Assembly (NCBI GenBank): GCA_043228905.1
Contig: JBHGNT010000011.1
Location: forward strand, 2,604,001 to 2,668,000
Source: Azolla caroliniana
Taxonomy: Eukaryota > Plantae > Polypodiophyta
Direction: 5' to 3'
Length of the DNA: 64,000 bases
Shown here: positions 51,854-64,000 of the stretch, piece after piece
Position numbering within the stretch: position 1 is the first letter of the stretch
Layout of the letters: the number at the start of each line of letters is the position of its first letter
Translations under genes and position numbers: made by a program
The notes under the pieces: model-generated
The model's input: the letters and a program-made list of their open reading frames with translations, nothing else
The model's database searches: none
Told to the model about the DNA's origin: nothing

Positions 51854-53226
51854 TGTCGTGAAAATCCGTCACTATGTGCGGATCGTGAAACGGAACCGCC
51901 GGGGTTCTGGACTAGAAGGATTTAGTGCAACACGTACAACACAAGCAAGTTTTAAGCATAAGACAAGTGGGAGAGACAAATCATTAGTTTATTACAAAAG
52001 AAAATCGATTCTTTATAATTTCAGAATCGTGTTACAATGGGTTGGGTATGGAAATGAGAGATTAATTTTTCAAAGAAAGGAGCCAACAACCATGCAAGGA
52101 GTGGTCTTATATGAATACAAGAGATACTTTTTTGACAAGAAAGATCGAGTCAACAAAGCTAGGAGTTTGATATCAATATGTGAGATAATTTGTTTCTCGA
52201 AACCGAGAGGGAAGAAAAAGGAAGGAAAAAAAATTAGGAGGGAAAAAATGGGACATATATCGAGCTCCTTATTGATCCTCCTCCCCAATGTTACTTTGCA
52301 TGCCCACTTTTAGTTGGATGGCCTCTATTTTTAGTTGCATGGCCTCTCCTTTTAGTTGCATGCTTCCATTTTTAGATGCATGCCTTTTACTTTTAGTTGC
52401 ATGGCCTTGGCTTTTGGTTGCATGAGAATGTCCGTATAATTCAGCCAAATGACACAATCATCCATAAATTTTAACCCGTGCGCAATCCGTACGTGCGTCG
52501 CAACCAAACCGTAGACGCGTCCGCGCGCAAAAGTCTTGGCCGCGTAGTGTACGCATCCACGCGCGTGCGCGTCCAACCTGCACCGTGTACGCATCTGCGC
52601 ACAAAAGTCTTGACCGCGTGCAAAAGTCCCGACCGCATAGTGTACACATCCACACGTGCGTGCGTCCAACCCGCACCGTGTACGCATCCGCGCGCAAAAG
52701 TCCCGACCGCATAGTGTACACATCCACACGCGCGCGCGTCCAACCCGCACCATGTACGCATCCGCGCGCAAAAGTCTTGACCGCACCGTAGTGTACACAT
52801 CCACGCATGCGCGTGTGCGCACACACGCGTTCGTCCGAAACATGCACACGCGCGTACGCCCGAAGCGTTAACACAATCGTGCATACACACGTATGCCTGA
52901 ATCATGCACACCACACAGTGTAGCCCAAGTCACCTTAAACATTCTATGCTCCACACATTGATAGAATGAATATGTTTTGGTTTCCCTTATATATTCTGGG
53001 TTCCAATGTTGTCCTATCTATGTGGGATATCTCACAATTTTGTCTTTTCTTTTCTTTTCTTCAAACTTCACACTCACATAACTTGATACTTGTTTATCCG
53101 TTTTATGCGTACTAAAATATGCTATGAAGCTCTTAAACACATCTATATTTCCATATCAATATATTAAGCTAATTGTAAATAATTATTTTACTAGTTTTCA
53201 TATCGTGTGTGAAAAACCACACGACA
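51854..53226. mobile_element. Solo-LTR-like insert (1373 bp) with internal minisatellites, inside the Copia C RT region
   Basis: TGTCGTG..CACGACA ends and 4-bp TSD ACGT/ACGC. The host frame SFTYAIVCTWPDI is restored on removal. Confidence 0.85.
52310..52860. repeat. Minisatellites inside the insert: about 21-bp TTTTAGTTGCATGGCC units and about 80-bp CG-rich units
   Basis: TTTTAGTTGCATG recurs about 6 times (52310-52423). GCGCAAAAGTC..CCGCATAGTGTACACATCCACACG..GTCCAACCCGCACCGTGTACGCATCC recurs about 4 times (52520-52810). Confidence 0.85.
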
Positions 53227-54569
53227 ACGCGATTGTATGTACCTGGCCGGATATCAGATATGTAGTCAGAGTGGTGAGCCAGTTCATGAGCAATCATGGA
53301 AAAGAGCATTGGAACGCGGTCAAGTGGATGCTCCGGTACTTGAAAGGCAGCTCGAGTATGTGCCTCCGGTTCAGCTCTGATAAACCCCAACTTGACGGAT
53401 TCACGGATTCGGATATGTCGGTTGATGCGGATACCAGTCGGTCTACATCCTGATATGTCATGACTTATGTAGGGGGAGCTGTATCATGGCAATCAAGGTT
53501 GCAGAAGACGATTGCGTTGTCAACCACAAAGGCGGAGTACATAGCAGATGTAGAAGTCAGCAAGGAGATAATCTGGATGAAGGACTTCATCGGAGAGCTA
53601 GGGATCCAACAACAATAATACCGGCTCTACTGCGACAGTCAAAGTGTCATCCACCTTGCAAAGAACGCGGCCTACCATTCCCGGACGAAACATATCTAGC
53701 GTAGGTACCACTGGATCCGGGAGAGAGTAGAACATCAAGAGTTCATGTTGACGAAGATCCACACGGAGGAGAACGGGTCGGATATGCTATCAAAGGTGTT
53801 GACAACCGACAAGTTGGACGCGTGCCGAAAGCGGATCGGGCTGGCGAGACATCCCATGCCAAAGTGAAGGGGGAGATTGTTGGGAAATCGGTCCCTCTAG
53901 ATGGGATCCGGTGATGAATGAAGAGGACCCGGTGAGAACCGAAAGAGACCCGAAAACCGGATCGGATGCACTCGATGAGAACCGGAAGAGATCCGGAAAC
54001 CGGATCGGATGGACCCGATGAGAACCGGAACAGAGGACATATTTGTAAATATGTTTTGAGTAAGCCTATTGAGGCTATATTTGTAAATAGCCCTAACTTC
54101 ATATAAGTATAAATATGACTTAGGGCAACCACTTTGAAGGTGTTGTTGTCATATTGTTGTATGTGCACAACTACTATATATATAGAGAGAGAGAGATACA
54201 AAGGCATACTCTGTTGTAACCGTCGGCTGGCGAAGAAATAGAGCTCGAGGTCGTTGACTCCGAGTCTCTATTTGTACATTTCTTATATATAGAGACAGTT
54301 CGGAGTCTGTGGGCTCCTGTGGTTTTTCCCTATTAGCGTTTTCCACATAAACATCTTGTGTATCCTCTATCATTGTTTGTGTGTGTACGTGCGTTAACTC
54401 CCTACTTCCCATTTCTGTGTTTTGATTCTCATAGAAGGGATTCAAGTCTTGGTTGTGGCCGAGCAATCTTCCGCGCTATTCTCAACATGGATTTTCCATC
54501 TGCCTCCACTCCTCTCAACAAAAACCTAAAGCTACGTCCTGACTCGGAAGTGGCTTGCGATGAGAAACG

Positions 54570-57500
54570 TGAAGTTAAACTCATTGCCGGCCACGACCAG
54601 TTTTACGTTGTTGAGTTGTTACGCTCTTCGCGTGTGGAAAGAGGCGGGACCACGGGGGCCTTGAACCAAGGAGCATGAGAAAGGAGAGAGAGAGAGAGAG
54701 AGAAAAAACCCAGCTTGCAGAAACACAAAGGGAGAAAGAGAACAAATTCTTAATTACAAATCAATAACGAATACAACCAGCAAGCCGGCAACGAACCCAA
54801 CTCAGGCGAACGCACACGCACACGACCCCGACTGCACTGTGGAGCTTCTACCGGAAGCACACGGGCTGTCCACAAAGCATAGGCAACTCAGTCCGGAATC
54901 CTGCAGAGAATGACGAACGATGGAGGAGAGAGCTCGGTCCCAGTCCGGCAGCACTTCGTCCTCGCTCTCCAAAACGTGATACCTCATCCGCCTTCTTCCT
55001 TCCCTTTTGTAGGCCCTCGAGGCAGGCCGTTGCACCCTCATTTTCATCAAGTTATTCTCTGTCCTTTCGAGCAGAGATACTCTTTGATTTCCAAGACATT
55101 CAATGCGTCACATCTAGTCTCTTTGCTCCCACTGTCCTACTCCTAGTTATTTACAAGGTATCAATTGGTGTGGAAAAGTGTAGGCCTGGTTCATGCGCCT
55201 TGCTTCGCTGATTCCGCTTCTGGCTAGTTTTCTTCACGACATCCACCCCCACCAAACCGTGCATCCACCAGTATGCGCCGGAGAGGGTTAGATACCGGAG
55301 AAAACTGGCTCGCGTTCACTCGTCGCCCTCCGGACTATCGGCGTCCCCGAACCGATCGTCATCGTTATCGCTCGCCCGCTCCGGCTCGTCTTCGTACCGC
55401 TTCTTGAACGCTTTAATCCGCTTCCCGGCTACCGGCACCGCCAATCGTGTCCCGTCAAGCTCCGCAAGATGGTACGTGTCGTTGTCATTCGTGCTCGTCA
55501 CCGTGTAGGGCCCGAACCATCTCCTCGCAAATTTGCGAGTCGCCTTGTGCTGGTTGTCGAGGCTGCTATCGTAAACCAACACCCAGTCGCCTTCCTCGAT
55601 CTTCTTCGGTCGTAGTCAGTGCGTCCTGTCGAACTGGGTTTTGTTTTGTTCCCTTGCCGCGTGCAGCTTCTCCTTCGCCTGTTTCACGTCCTCCGGCCTC
55701 CGCTCAAGTTGCCGGATCCGCGCCGTCAACAACTCTTCCCGGCTCATATTGTCCTTCCAGCCCACCGCAGCCCATGAAGAAATCGTCCGTTCCGCCGGCA
55801 TGATTGGCTTCTGCCCGTACATTAGTTCTGCCGGCATGAACCCTGTTACCGAACTGTGCATAGTCCGGTCTACCCACAGCCCATAGGGTAAAAGCCGCGG
55901 CCAGTTCCCGACTTGGCCTCCACACGCCCGTACTAACGCTTTGACGATCGGCCCATGCCCTCGTTCCACCTTCCCGTTAGCCTCCGGATTGTACGCCGTG
56001 GTGAGCGAGAGTTTAACCCCTAGCCGGTCAAACAACTCCTCAGCCTCTTGCGCGTCTAGTTCTCCTCGGTCGGCCACGATCTTGCCGACGCACCCATACC
56101 GGCATACCACATCTTCGATTAGAAACCGGCACACGACCGCAGTTGTTTTGTTCTGCAATGCTCGGCCTGCCACTTGGTTCGTCAGGTCCTCCCGAGCCAG
56201 CACCAGATATCGCGTCTGCCCTTCCCCCATCGGCATCGTCACCAGATCCACCATCCACTTGAAGTGGACGGTTAGAGGGTAGGTTGGGTGAAGCTCGTCT
56301 CGATGTCGGACTATGGAGTGCATCTTACAGCTTTCACAAGTCGTTACGAACCGATGCACATCCCGATATAGTCCTGGCCACCAGTACTTCCCCTTCAGCT
56401 TCTCGAATGTGGCCCACGTCCCGCGGTGTCCGGCCCAAGGACTCTCGTGGTATGCCATCAGCAGCGCTTTCTGCTCGTCCTCCCTCACCATTACGCGGAC
56501 TGGGGTGCCGCTTCGCTTCTTCGGGTGCTTCCATATGCGCCCTTACCGTAGGAAGAACCGGTACGCCCTCTTCCACACCTGGCAGGCCTCTTCTCTCGTC
56601 CACGCCGCGTCCAGTGTCATCGTCCACAGGAACCTCCCAATTCGGAGCCACTCTCCGTCGTACTCGCTCTCGTCAAACTCATTTAGCGTCGGAGTGCTCC
56701 CCTTTCTTGTTGTTACGTTGGCTGACCCGAAGAAGTCCTCTCCGACTTCCTCGTTATCCGAAACCATGCCATCCTCGTCACTGAACCGCGCCCTTGAAAG
56801 CATATCGGCCATGGCATTATCCTTCCCGGAGATGTGTCGTATCTCCGAGTTCAGGGACTTGATGTACGTGATCCACCTGAGCATCGCCAGGTCAGGAGTC
56901 GCGCATCCGGAGACCATACCCAGAATCGGTAGGCAGTCCGTCTCGATTATCACTTTCGTCCCGATCAGATAGTCCTTGTCGGCCTTGACGACCGAAACGA
57001 TACCCCATAGCTCGCGCTTAACTTGGGCGTATCCTCGCTGCCGCTCGCTCAATACCTTCACCCCGAACCGGATCGGGAACCGTACGCCGTCCTTGCCCTC
57101 TTGACTGATCACCCACCTGATCCTAGTCCGGCTCGTGTCCACCATCACGTAGATGGGGACTTCCTGGCCGTAAACTGCTTCCCGGAGAGCCGGTACCGCA
57201 GCAAGCGCCTCCTTCAATCTCCGGACCGACTCCGCGTGCTCCGTCCTCCACTAGAACCTACGCCCATTCTTCAATAGCCCATAGAGCGGTTCCGCAACAT
57301 GTGCATAGTGCGGAATCCAGATGTGGTAGAACGCGCATGCACCCAAGAATCGGCGAACCTTCATAACCGACCCGCAATCGTCTTTCATCACGAAGATGGC
57401 TTCTACCTTGGCCGGGGACGGTTTCCAGCCATAGGGCCTGCACAGGTGTCCAACTACCAGGATCTCCATCTGCCCGAACGTTGATTTCTCTCCGGAGAAG

Positions 57501-60282
57501 GTGAGCCGCGCGCTCTCGAGCCTCTGCAGCACCTTCTCGCAGTCGTTGATGTGGTTCACGACGAACCTCCGGCATCCATCCGGCCCAACCGTTTCGTCCA
57601 CGTCCTCCACCAGACACCCCTTTATCGGTACGTTGTCTAGGAATGACATAGTGATGTCTGGGATGCAGTCCCTCAGCACTTTGTTCATTGCGTTCACCAT
57701 GTGCGCCACCGAATTCATTCCTCCTTGCGGTAGGGTACACATCCGCACCAAGCCGAGAGGAGTCCGCATTGTCGTGATGTCCCTGCTCTCTACAACCAGT
57801 TGGAACTAGTCGTACCCTGAGTATAAGTCACCGACCGAATAGATCGACCTTCCAGTGAAGGCCTCCACGAACTCATCTATGGTCGGCCCGATTCCTACGT
57901 TACGGATGGTCACCTTGTGACTGGTTGCAGGTCCTGTATGAAACGCAACGTGTCATTCTTCTTTGGCACCGTGAACCACCGATTCGAGTATGGGGCACTC
58001 GATGGTTCGAGGATGCCCATATTGAACTTCTGCTTCAATAGCTCCATCAACATCGGGATGTGAGCTCTGGGCACTGGAATTGGTTTGAGGTTCCACGGCA
58101 CATGCGGTACCATGAAGATTGCCATTGACTCGACGATTGTCGGGTCTACGCACCCGATCTCCTCCGGTGAGAATGCGAAGGCCTTCCCGTGCCTTCCGAG
58201 CATCCTCCGAAACCGGTCCTCCTTCTCCGGCAATAGAAAGCCACCCCCACCAACCTTGACCTCCCGTAGCATTATGTCGGTGAACGTGTGTCCTATGCTG
58301 GCTGGATCTCGTAAACTGGGGTCCGACGCGACCCCCTTTATCCGTGACTCGCTGCCCTCCGGCAAGGGCACCACAACTGGCCTCACCTTCCGGTCCACAA
58401 TCTTATACTTCGTGTCCACGTGGGCCGTTCGATCCGACCCGATCTTCTCCCCAAAGTCCGCAATGACTTCGTACATTCCCATCGAGCTAACCGGAATGGT
58501 TCGGTCTTTGCTAAGGCCTTTACCGACCACCTCTTGCAATTCGCCCAAGGTGTCGTCAAAAGAGACCGCCTCCACGGCGCTGCTAATTTCTTCATCGTGG
58601 GAGAGGACCTCACACTCCCTTAGTCGTCTCTCCGCCCGCTTCCTCTCCTAGCTACTGACGTTGGTTAGTGTCCAACCTCCGTTTTCGGAGAGCCAAAATT
58701 TCCTACCTATAATACATGTGTGGGGTTCTTCCGGGGTGTCTAGACTATCGCGGCCCCACGCCTTGATAGCCCTCTCTAAAAATCCCCTCGGTTGTCGCCG
58801 CCGAGGGTCTCGTGGTTCCGTTTGTGGTTGGGTCGCACTGTCATGAATTGGACGGAATGCCGACCGTCTTGGCTCTTGACACGCACATACGCCGAACCGT
58901 TTCGTCTCCATGCGTGCTGCCATAATGTACGGTTCGCCGAGAATTACCGGGTGCGAGGAAGTCTCCTGCACGAAGAAATGTTGATCTATCTCGACGTCGC
59001 CGATCTTCATGCGTACATTTGGGCACGCACCATGCAGCTCCTCTGTAGCGCGCGGCGCCGCGCGTATCTTCCACCCGTACTTGGTGTTGATCGCCCATTT
59101 CCCCTTTTTATAGAAGTCCATGGACATCATGTTGATCTCCGAACCGTGGTCTACTAATGCCACCACCGGCTCCTAGACGTCGCCGATCCGAACGGGGGTT
59201 TCCATAGTGGCCCTAGCCCAATGCGGCTTCACGTAGTGGCTTACCTCCAACTCATCCTCTAGGGCCATGTCTTCTAAGTGCGTCGTCCACACTTCCATCG
59301 GCCTCTCCGGTTCCGACTCAGTCGAGAGCCTCTTCCGCTTCACCAAGTCCACGATGGAGTCATGGAACTCCTTCTTGGCGATTCCCAACACCTCCCGTAA
59401 CGACACCTCGACCTTGCTGTCGAGAATTCTCTCTTCCAGGACCTTCCGCAGGTCCGTTGTTCGTTTGATTTCGGAGCTCAGCCGGAAACCGGCCTACTTC
59501 TTCTTCTCCGGTGCGCCGGTGTTGGCGGCCTCATTCGGCTTCGGTCCGAACCGGGTCTCGTACCGCTACGAGGGGCCACCCCCTCCGGCCTTTCCCGCAC
59601 GCTTGTCTTCTACCAGAACCTCGTAGTTCTAGCATGCGGCTGCCATGAAGCCAGTTTTTTCTTCCACCGGGTCGTCCCATCCGGTGACCTCCCGGATCCG
59701 TTATTCCGCGCGGTCTGCCTCTTCCTTCTTCAGTCGTACTCCGGAGAGACCTAGCACCAACGACCAGAATCCAGAGTCCTTCGCTTTCCGGGCCTCATCA
59801 CCCCCGACCCGGATTCCCGCCGACGCCGAGTAGTTAACGGCCTCTACATGTCGTGTCGCGGCCTCTTCCATCAACCGCTTCATTCCGTCGCGCCCCGTAT
59901 TCAATTCTAGGGCTTTCCGGGTCTCGCTCGCGTGCACCCGCCCGTTCTAGAGGTACACCACGTTGGTCCCGAGTGCCTCGGCGAAATCCGTGCATTCTTT
60001 CTGGATGTGGCCGACCACGTCGCACCACATGCACCGCTGCCCCGCCTGCGACCTTTGGTCACGAGACTGTTCGTCGATGTCCCTCCGGGCCTGTGCGATT
60101 TGGAGATCTCGCACCATCTGCGACAACTCTTCTAGAGCCGCACCTCCGGAGGGACCTTTGACCACTCCGCTCGGGGCTGAGCCAGTCTCAAGCCAACTCC
60201 GAGTTTCTTCCTTCCTAGCCAGTACCGATACCGGCTCCTCGAGCTCCCTCGCCGGTACCGGCCTTGCCGCCGACGAGCCCTC
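54570..60282 (-). mobile_element. Degenerate Ty3/Gypsy (gag knuckle, PR, RT, RNase H, IN, 3' LTR 54570-55241), cut by Copia D
   Basis: CMWCDVVGHIQKEC, LVDHGSEIN, LPQGGMNS..FLDN, GHRG..CESC, AYNPEANGKVER and RWFGPY motifs. PPT GGTGGGGGTGGA precedes the LTR start TGTCGTGAAG. Confidence 0.9.
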
Positions 60283-60747
60283 TGTTAGGAAACCGGTCCC
60301 TCCGAATGGGAAGTGAGAAGAACAGTACTGATGAGCAAACTCGGCCAAGGCCGATAGGCCGAGGCCGAAAGCGGATGTGGAGGACCCGGTTACGGAAGAC
60401 CCGGTGAGAACCGGATGTGGAGTACCCGGCTACGAAAGACCCGGTGAGAACCGGATGTGGAGTACCCGGCAACGAAAGACCCGGTGAGAACCGGATGACG
60501 AGTACCCGACAATGGAAGACCCGGTGAGAACCAGATGACAAGTACCCGGCAACAGCCGGATGGTGAAGGCCCGGTGAGAAGTGCTCACCGGATGAAGGGA
60601 CATATTCGTAAATATGTTTTCTGAGAGTCCATCGGGGCTATATTTGTAAATAGCCGAAAAGTCATATTATTATAAATATGACTTAGGGAAAACTTAGTAT
60701 TGTTGTTGTCATTCTTGTTGGCGCAAGATTAGAGCGCAACAGTGTAT

Positions 60748-60778
<31 letters not shown>

Positions 60779-63700
60779 CGAAGAGTTCGTATCTCTGTTG
60801 TAACCGCCGCTTGTGGCGAAGACAGTGAACAAGAGGTCGTTGCCTCTGTGTTCATCTATTGTACATTGTTATATAGTGATAGCTAGCAGTCAGTGGACTG
60901 CCGTGGTTTTTCCCGTGTTTGGGTTTTCCACATAAACATCATGTGTACTCTTCTCTCCATTGTGTCGTGCATTCATTCCTCGTTTTCTGCGTTTTGATTC
61001 TAAGCTCGGTTGTGGCCGAGCGTTGCTCATCGAGAGAGTGTAGTTCCTGTCAAAGTGGTATCAAAGCGAAACGACACAAAAAATGGACGAATCGTTGGGT
61101 GGCATGTTCAAGCTCACCGGCTCCAACTATTCAGTGTGGAAGTCGAAGATGAGGGACATGCTCGTGGTTAAAGATCTTTGGTTGCCGGTTCAATTCGGGG
61201 ACAAGAGACCGGATAAAATCGACGCCACGATATGGGAGGTGATGCACATGAAGACAACGGCGTACATACGGTGCTTCATCAACATGAGTCTATACAACAA
61301 CTTCAATGAAGAGAGCAAGGCTCATGAGCTCTGGGAGAAGATCGGCATTATGTTTCAAAACAAAAATGTTGTTAATCAGGTTTCGGTATTTCGGAAGCTA
61401 GTAAGACTCCGGTACCAAGATGGCTCTAGCATGGCGCAGCACATGAATGCCTTCCAGGGGCTGATCCACCAGGCAACATCATTGGAAGTGCCTCTCGCTG
61501 ATGAGGTACTAGCACTACTCCTGCTCGGTTCCCTCCCAAATAGCTAGGAGACGTTGGTTGTCACTTTGGGCAACGCCGGGCCGGAAGGGAAGCGGTTATC
61601 CCTAGCAAGAGTGAAGTCGAGCTTGCTAGATGAGGAGGCGCGTCGAAAAGATAAGGATACGAGATCCGACTCCAAAGCGCTTCTTACCGAATCGGAACGC
61701 GGAAGACAAAGGAACCGTAGTCCCCAGAACCGGGAGAAGTCGGGGACACGGTCAAAGTCAAGGGGGAGGCCTACTTGCTTCTATTGCGGCAAGCCGGGAC
61801 ACTTCTAGAAAAACCATCGGCACTTCCGAAAGGACAAGGAAACCGACAGCACCGATTCGAAGCAGACACCGGACCGAAACAGTAAAGACCGGAGGGGGCC
61901 GGACCGGAAGGGAGCGACGGCATTCACGTCAAGTGAAGAAGAGTTGATGCTCATCACCGAAGAGAGTGAGCTAAACCTTGCCGGCGACGACATGATCTGG
62001 GTGGTCAACTCCGGAGCGTCGTTCCACCTTACCCCGGACCAGAAATACTTCTCATCCTATTCAGCCGGTGATCACGGCTGTGTCCGGATGGGGAATGAAG
62101 GTACATGCCGAATTGTCGGCATAGGAGACGTGTGGTTGACAACACCAACCAGATGCAAGTTGTTGCTGAAGGATGTCTGACACGTTCCGGAGGTTCGTCT
62201 GAACCTGATATCAGCCGGTCGGCTAGATGATGAAGGCTACACGGGTAGCATCCGGAACGGTGTTATGAAGTTCAGCAAAAGGAGCCTGATTGTGGCTCGG
62301 GCCCGGAAGGTAAACACGTTGTACTTGATGAATGCCCGGTTATGCCCGGAAGAAGTGAACATGGCATCCGACACTGCCGGTGAGCTGTGGCACAAGAGGC
62401 TGTGTCACATGAGCGAGAAGGGGATGAAGAGGCTTGTAGACGACAACCTCATTCCAGTGAAGAACGTGCACTTGGAGAAGTGCACTAATTGTCTGGCCGG
62501 TAAACAAAACGGGACCTCCTTCCGATCGAGGCCACCGATGAGACGTAATGCACCACTGGAGTTGGTGCATACTGATGTATGTCAAGTGGACACAAAGTCA
62601 CATGCCGGATCGCAGTACTTCGTGACGTTCATAGATGACCACAACCGGAAGCTGTGGGCCACACTGTTGAAGACGAAGGATCAGGTGTTGTCCGTCTACA
62701 AAGAGCTCCACGCGAGAGTGGAAAGAGAAACCGGCCGGAAGCTGAAGGCGGTTCGAGCAGATAACGGAGGTGAATATCGGGGGCAGTTCGAGGAGTATTC
62801 TCGCTCGAAGGGAATCCGACTCGAATTTACCGTGCCGAAGACGCCGGAACTAAACGAGCTGGCCAAGAGGATGAACCGGACCATAATGGAGAGGGTCCAG
62901 AGTATGTTGGCGCATGCAAAACTACCCAAGAAGTTTTGGGTTGAGGCATTGTCGACGACGACATATGTGATAAACAAATCACCCTCAGTACCCTTGGACG
63001 GAGACACGCCACAGAGAGTCTGAACCGGTAAGGAAGTGTCCTACCGGCATCTGAAGGTATTCGGGTGTCTTGCGTATGTGCATATAGCTAAGGACCGGAG
63101 AGGAAAACTAGATCCGAAGACCCGGCCATGCATATTCCTCGGTTACGGCGATGATGAGTTCGGCTACCGAGTGTGGGACCTGGTCGACAAGAGGATATTC
63201 CGGAGTCGAGATATTATGTTCATGGAGGACAAGACGCTCGCCGACTGGGAGTCGGAGAAGAAGATAATGAACTCTGAGTCGACCGGTAAGGATCGATTCT
63301 ACGATGAGCAGACCCAACCGGCAAGAGACCGGTTAGCACTCGAGGAACCAGCCGGTTACGGTGAGGATACCGAACCGGCAGAAGAAGAAGTAGAGGAAGC
63401 TGAAACCAGAACCAGCCAAGACCCCGAATCGGATTCGGATGAAGATCAAATGGAGGGGCCGGTTACCGAAGCCCAAAGACGGAGATATCCTCTCAGAGAG
63501 AGAAGGGCCCCCCAGAGATTTCTGGATGCAGAGCATGTGCTGCTAACCGATGAGGGGGAGCTAGAAAGCTTCGAAGAAGCGAAGGATGATACCCACAACC
63601 GCAAATGGTTAAGTGTCATGCAGGATGAGATGGATTCCCTGCATGAGAACCATACGTACGAATTGGTGGAGTTGCCGAAAGGAAAGCGGGCACTCCGAAA

Positions 63701-64000
63701 CAAGTGGGTGTACAAGTTGAAAAAGGGAGATGCCGGCAACCCCCCGAGATACAAAGCCAGGATCGTGGTGAAGGGGTTCCAGCAGAAGAAGGGCGTGGAC
63801 TTCGACAAGATATTTGCCCCGGTAGTAAAGATGACCTCCATCCAGACGGTGCTGAATATAGCGGCGAGCCTGGATCTCGAGGTAGAGCAGTTGGACGTGA
63901 AGACGGCATTCCTTCACGGTGACCTCGAAGAGGAGATCTACATGCAGCAACCGGAAGGATTCGTGGAGAAAGGGAAGGAGCGCCTGGTTTGCCGGTTGAA
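60283..64000 (+). mobile_element. Copia D (5' LTR 60283-61052, PBS, gag-PR-IN-RT), running off the window
   Basis: TGTTAGGAAACC..CCTGTCA and PBS TGGTATCAAAGC at 61056. ORFs are highly similar to Copia C and to the pol of Copia A. Confidence 0.93.
60372..60580 (+). repeat. 40-bp tandem repeats in U3 of the Copia D LTR
   Basis: GAAGACCCGGTGAGAACCGGATG(TG)GAGTACCCGGC-like unit repeated about 5 times. Confidence 0.85.

Larger units (their letters stand above)
47455..54487 (+). mobile_element. Copia C: full-length degenerate Ty1/Copia related to Copia A and D, inserted in a Copia RT remnant
   Basis: LTRs 47455-48042 and 53878-54487, PBS TGGTATTAGAG, PPT GAAGGGGGAGA, TSD CGGAT/TGGAT. The flanks rejoin as LSQQHYVLNMLYKFGMTD..ASTPLNKNLKLRPD. 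Confidence 0.95.

Noticed and set aside
52490-52860. Regular repeats resembling a CRISPR array, with overlapping Cys/Arg-rich ORFs
   Set aside because: There are no unique spacers or cas genes and the context is eukaryotic. The ORFs are by-products of a stop-poor minisatellite.

Overview
Eukaryotic land-plant DNA, most likely a non-seed plant such as a fern or lycophyte (inferred from the retrotransposon lineages). About three quarters of the window is nested LTR retrotransposons: at least eight Ty1/Copia copies or fragments, five Ty3/Gypsy copies or fragments, and three solo-LTR-like inserts. Many are delimited by TG..CA ends, PBS/PPT and target-site duplications (TSDs). One Gypsy (33683-39453, Tcn1/Tf1-like chromovirus) appears intact and very young. 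The only clear host gene is a 5-exon aldo-keto reductase (13284-14899) whose catalytic His is replaced by Ile. A degenerate spliced RING-finger gene with a palindromic satellite lies at about 30.65-41.0 kb. The most unusual observations: (1) a Gypsy whose 3' LTR is preceded by a sense tRNA-Arg 3' half ending in CCA instead of a polypurine tract; (2) a covarying -1 frameshift cassette after the protease in two Gypsy copies; (3) TGTCGTG..CACGACA inserts with 4-bp ACGY TSDs at nearly the same site in two Copia copies; (4) a U5 terminus shared between a Copia and a Gypsy. Coordinates were read by eye and no searches were run.
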